DNA of 64,000 bases from Patescibacteria group bacterium (GTDB lineage Bacteria > Patescibacteriota > UBA1384 > DATEAH01): assembly GCA_035288465.1 (NCBI GenBank), contig DATEAH010000005.1, forward strand, positions 67,636-131,635, read 5' to 3'. Below are positions 60,265-64,000 of this stretch, piece after piece. A model generated the notes under the pieces. That model did not search any database. It was not told the DNA's origin and was given only the letters and a program-made list of their open reading frames with translations. The stretch's first letter is position 1, and every line of letters starts with the position of its first letter. A program made the translations under genes and the position numbers.

Positions 60265-62278
60265 AAATAATTAATAAGCTGGAACCTGCAATGGCCAAGA
60301 TCCAGCCTAAATTTGAAATTGCACCATTAGATTTTACCCTATTATCAGTCCCAATTGCAAGATCTGAAGGTGCGGCTTTGGCAGTTTTCGCCCCGAGTAA
60401 TGAATTTTGATTAGTTTCCCCGGTTTTTTCTTTTGTATTTTTACCTTGAACATTTAAAATAATTTTAATATCAGCTAAAAATCTGGGCATTAACCTAAAA
60501 CCAGCCGAGGTTTTGGAAATTATGCCGGTGATTTGAACCCAATCTCCTTTTTGCATTTTTGGCTTTTTAAAGCCAGCTGAAGTTGAAATATAAATTCGAA
60601 CTTTTCCTGAGCCATCATCTATATAAAAAGTATTGCCTGATGATGAAATAATCTTACCCTTAATTTGGACTAATTGTCCTGAATATTCTCCCACATCACC
60701 TGATTTAATATTTTTCGCCGCCGGAGTACCAAAAGAACCAAGAATAATAATATCGCCAGGTTCGCGAATTTTAATGCGTTTTTCCCCACCAGATTCGGAA
60801 ATTTCACCTGAGACCCTAATTTTATCGCCAATTTTTAAATTGGGAAAAAGTTTTTTAGAAAAATAAATTTGAATTCCTGAAGTTTCGTCTTGAAGATAAA
60901 AATATAATTTAGAAAAAGTGCCCGGCAAAACTGTGACTAATCCTTCAACTAAGATCGGTTTGCCTTTGGCTAATTTTTTAGCATTTAAAATCGTGGAGAT
61001 GGTTGGGACGGTTTGGATTTCCTGAATGATATTCTTAGCATTTGGAGTAATTTTTGTCGTCCAAAACCAACTTGTTCCAGATTTTGCCCAACTTTGGCCT
61101 TCAGGAGCTAAAACGTATTTTGCCGATGACGAAGCTTGGCCAAAATTAGGCCATAATAATCTGGCAACATCACCCGAATCATTTAGGGAAATTTTGGTTT
61201 CTTTTTTGTAAAAAACTAGAAAACGACCAGGCAAAATTTGGGTATTGTCGGGAATTAAAAATGGCGTGCTCCCGCCCTCGCCATCATCCAAATACCAACC
61301 AGAAAGATCAATGGTTTTTGTGCCGGAATTATATAATTCAATAAACTCATCATCTGTATCAGTGGCTGGGTGGGGCAAAATTTCAGATATTATGACATTA
61401 TATATAGGAATAAAGAAAGTGCCAAAAGAAATTTGATTAGAAATACTAATTTTTTTAGGCTCAAGGGCAATGGTTTTAATGGTCAGATAATATGTTTGAC
61501 CAGGATCTAAATCTGAAAGTAGATATTGGGTTTGGTCAAGATTATCAATTGTGATAATAAGACTAGTTGGTCCGGTGGAAGAAGTAGCTTGCAAGATTTG
61601 GTATTGGAAAAAGTTTGCATCAAGACTCTTTGTCCAATTTAGTTTTGCGGAATTACCAGTAATTTCCGCGGCTTCATCCAAATTGACTGGTGCGGTTCCC
61701 GGTGATGGATTTGCCTCATCTATAAAATCCATCGCAAAATCATCAGAATCTTCATTGACTGGCATCCTTGTTAAAGAATGTCCTGTGGGAACGCCTGGGT
61801 GGGGATCAAAACAAGTATCAGGGGTTGGGCAATATTCTTTTTCCCATACCACCATATCAATTTCTAAATTTGCACTATCCTTTAAAATCACTAAATCGCC
61901 GGTGTTAGAAAGACTAAGTGGGGAATTTTCAAAGTCTGGGGTAAAATGATATAAATTTTCAAAACCATTTTTCTTCCTGGCAATTGTTAAAAATTTGTGA
62001 GCACCAATTTTTACTCCCGCCGGAAAAATAAAAGTCTCGGACAAATCTGTTAATTTCCAGTTCTCAAGATTAATATCTGTTGAGAGCGGATTAAAAATTT
62101 CGAGCCACTCCTCATCAGCATCTGTGCCCGGAGTATCATAAAAAACCTCAGAAATTAACAAGTGACCAGCACTCGAGTTTTGGGCTTGGGCTTTAGAATT
62201 TTGAGGAAAAACTAAAAATACTAAAATAAAGATTAAAATTAGCCCAAAAAAATTAAATTGAGTTCGCTTTTTGAGCAT
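60218..62278 (-). CDS. surface protein with two lamin-tail domains, Fn3 and OB folds
   Basis: ISEV/ISEI...EWLEIFN/EFIELYN; YLQDETSGI; FYIDDGSG; C-terminal TM. Confidence 0.85.
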   Translation of the reverse strand: MLKKRTQFNFFGLILIFILVFLVFPQNSKAQAQNSSAGHLLISEVFYDTPGTDADEEWLEIFNPLSTDINLENWKLTDLSETFIFPAGVKIGAHKFLTIARKKNGFENLYHFTPDFENSPLSLSNTGDLVILKDSANLEIDMVVWEKEYCPTPDTCFDPHPGVPTGHSLTRMPVNEDSDDFAMDFIDEANPSPGTAPVNLDEAAEITGNSAKLNWTKSLDANFFQYQILQATSSTGPTSLIITIDNLDQTQYLLSDLDPGQTYYLTIKTIALEPKKISISNQISFGTFFIPIYNVIISEILPHPATDTDDEFIELYNSGTKTIDLSGWYLDDGEGGSTPFLIPDNTQILPGRFLVFYKKETKISLNDSGDVARLLWPNFGQASSSAKYVLAPEGQSWAKSGTSWFWTTKITPNAKNIIQEIQTVPTISTILNAKKLAKGKPILVEGLVTVLPGTFSKLYFYLQDETSGIQIYFSKKLFPNLKIGDKIRVSGEISESGGEKRIKIREPGDIIILGSFGTPAAKNIKSGDVGEYSGQLVQIKGKIISSSGNTFYIDDGSGKVRIYISTSAGFKKPKMQKGDWVQITGIISKTSAGFRLMPRFLADIKIILNVQGKNTKEKTGETNQNSLLGAKTAKAAPSDLAIGTDNRVKSNGAISNLGWILAIAGSSLLIIFVGFQIWRNKIAKNF

Positions 62279-62370
62279 TTTCTCCTTGGTGGGAAAATAA
62301 AATCAATAATTAATCTAATTATACCACGCCAAATTAATAGTTAAAAGTTTTTAAAATTTGTTAAAATCTA

Positions 62371-62399
62371 TTGACAAATTAGATTATTTTTGATATAAT
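62371..62399 (+). promoter_or_regulatory. consensus sigma70 promoter
   Basis: TTGACA-N17-TATAAT. Confidence 0.8.
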
Positions 62400-62469
62400 G
62401 TGAAAATTGCGAAAGCAAGGCCGAAAATCCGCCTTTCGGTGGATGATTCTGCTGCAAAGGGGTGTTGTA

Positions 62470-63786
62470 ATGTCTAGGTTGTATCCGGTTGTTCTGCTAG
62501 TGCTGGTTGTCTCCGTCTTCTCTGGCTGCGGAGGTAGCAATGAGAGTCTGATTCCACCAGTTGGTGGACAGGTTGTCACCACGCCACCGACCGGCCGCGT
62601 CATCGCCTTTGGCGAGGTTGCGAACCTTGCCCGCGGCACGACCATGCACCTCCGGCTGAACCGACAGGGAACAGAGGTACGCGAGTACGAGGTGGCGTTC
62701 CTGTCAACGTTCACACAAGGTCCGGATCACCTCATTGTCTGCCAGACCCCCGCCAGCTTGGCGGTGGGAGCCGGGGATTCCGGATCCCCTCTGATGACGT
62801 CCGATGATCAACTCGCTGGCGCGCTGGCTTTTGGCTGGGACGGCGATGACCACCGGTTCATGGCCCGGTCCATCGACGACATGCTCCGGCTTACCCCGGC
62901 GTCACCCGATCGCGGGATTACATTCAAGGAGCAGGAGATCCCGCTGTCCTATTTCCTGCAAGGAGTCTCTATCCCCACCCTTCAACGGCTAGCAACCCTG
63001 GATCGGACAGGGGTGTCTGACAAGTTCCAGATAATCCCTACGAATCCAGGGAGCAACCGACTGGCTACCTCGGTGCCCATGCCAGGTCAGTCAATCTCGG
63101 TGAATTACATCACCGGACCGCTGGTGACCGGCGGAGCAGTCGGGACCATCACCCATCAAACAGGTGATGACCAGTGGCTGATCTTCGGCCATCAGCTGGA
63201 CAACTTCGGTGAAAGGGCGTTGCCGGTTTCTCTCGCGTCGATGGACGTGATGGTCGAGACGACCTTCGGGTCGTTTAAGCAAGCTCATCCACTCAACCAG
63301 CCAATCGGAACTCTAGTCGAGGACCGGATGTACGGCTGTCGCGTTGACCCTAACCGAAACCCCGAGACGTTCCCGGTGACGGTTCGAGTCAACTACAACG
63401 ACAAGACCGAGAAGTACATCCATCAGGTCGCTGCCGACAAGAGCAGTGGTGTTGAGTTGTACTTCATCTTGGTCGGCATCCTGGCACCACTCGACCAGGT
63501 CTTCAATAAGTATGGACCTGGTACGGCCGAGGGCACATTGATTCTTCGTCTCCAGGGCGCAGGCACACAAACCTACGAAATCACCGTGCCCGAGCCGGCC
63601 ATCGACTACGGCGGCGACGAAGGTTACTACGAGGAGAATCCTTCTCCTCCGTATGTGTCGGATCTTTCCTTGGGTGTCGCGGAGGTGGTGATGACGAAGA
63701 TCTTTGACCTTGCACGGTACCATCCAGGTGTTTCTTTCGCCCGGGTGGAACTCAACGTCACACTCCACGACTTCAAGCCGACATAA
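62470..63786 (+). CDS. lipoprotein with SpoIVB/peptidase S55-like serine protease features
   Basis: FSGC lipobox; AGDSGSP..LAGALAFG; AVGTIT...FGH. Confidence 0.75.
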   Translation: MSRLYPVVLLVLVVSVFSGCGGSNESLIPPVGGQVVTTPPTGRVIAFGEVANLARGTTMHLRLNRQGTEVREYEVAFLSTFTQGPDHLIVCQTPASLAVGAGDSGSPLMTSDDQLAGALAFGWDGDDHRFMARSIDDMLRLTPASPDRGITFKEQEIPLSYFLQGVSIPTLQRLATLDRTGVSDKFQIIPTNPGSNRLATSVPMPGQSISVNYITGPLVTGGAVGTITHQTGDDQWLIFGHQLDNFGERALPVSLASMDVMVETTFGSFKQAHPLNQPIGTLVEDRMYGCRVDPNRNPETFPVTVRVNYNDKTEKYIHQVAADKSSGVELYFILVGILAPLDQVFNKYGPGTAEGTLILRLQGAGTQTYEITVPEPAIDYGGDEGYYEENPSPPYVSDLSLGVAEVVMTKIFDLARYHPGVSFARVELNVTLHDFKPT

Positions 63787-63809
63787 TCACCGAGAAGGGA
63801 GGAAAACGC

Positions 63810-64000
63810 TTGCACGGTCAGAAGATCAGATTCTGCCGAGCTGCATGGAAAAGGCTGACAAGGGCGATTATCACCCACCAGCCCATCGAGGTCATCCTCA
63901 CGCGGCTTGCCGAGAAAGATCGAGCCGTGAAAGAAGCGGCGATTTGGTGCAGACGGCACCACGCCCATCCCGGCCTGACCATGTCACGGCTCCGAATCGC
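63810..64000 (+). CDS. possible CDS running off the window end
   Basis: AAGGGAGG RBS, TTG, frame open to the end. Confidence 0.35.
   Translation, partial: MHGQKIRFCRAAWKRLTRAIITHQPIEVILTRLAEKDRAVKEAAIWCRRHHAHPGLTMSRLRI

Noticed and set aside
62379-63968. Minus-strand ORFs over the GC-rich end, and other short antisense ORFs inside long genes
   Set aside because: Shadow frames of well-supported genes.
1-64000. CRISPR array, rRNA, transposase, integrase or reverse transcriptase
   Set aside because: No regularly spaced repeats or recognisable motifs seen.

Overview
AT-rich bacterial chromosome segment. Gene content and style point to a Patescibacteria/CPR organism (inferred from the type IV pilus cluster, CPR-type glycosyltransferases, orphan monocistronic genes and tRNA-Arg(UCG); not from a database search). 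Core genes: typA, ahpC, rnpB, uvrA, infC-rpmI-rplT, comM, pyrG, miaA, trxB, tsaE/tsaB, plus 11 intact tRNAs. Main findings: (1) a family of three homologous ~170-bp non-coding elements, each directly downstream of a different tRNA (Gln, Lys, Gly) and ending in a duplicate of that tRNA's own 3' end, with a covarying hairpin at the junction and no integrase in the window; (2) a lone PD-(D/E)xK-motif gene inserted at the 3' end of the RNase P RNA gene between direct repeats; (3) an unannotated 44-aa, 13-Cys metallothionein-like ORF; (4) an NYN RNase gene facing a promoter-driven small hairpin RNA; (5) a dCMP deaminase/thymidylate synthase-like operon; (6) GC-rich SpoVS and SpoIVB-like genes behind native AT-rich promoters. 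Several starts were moved from the ORF track using RBS or promoter context.
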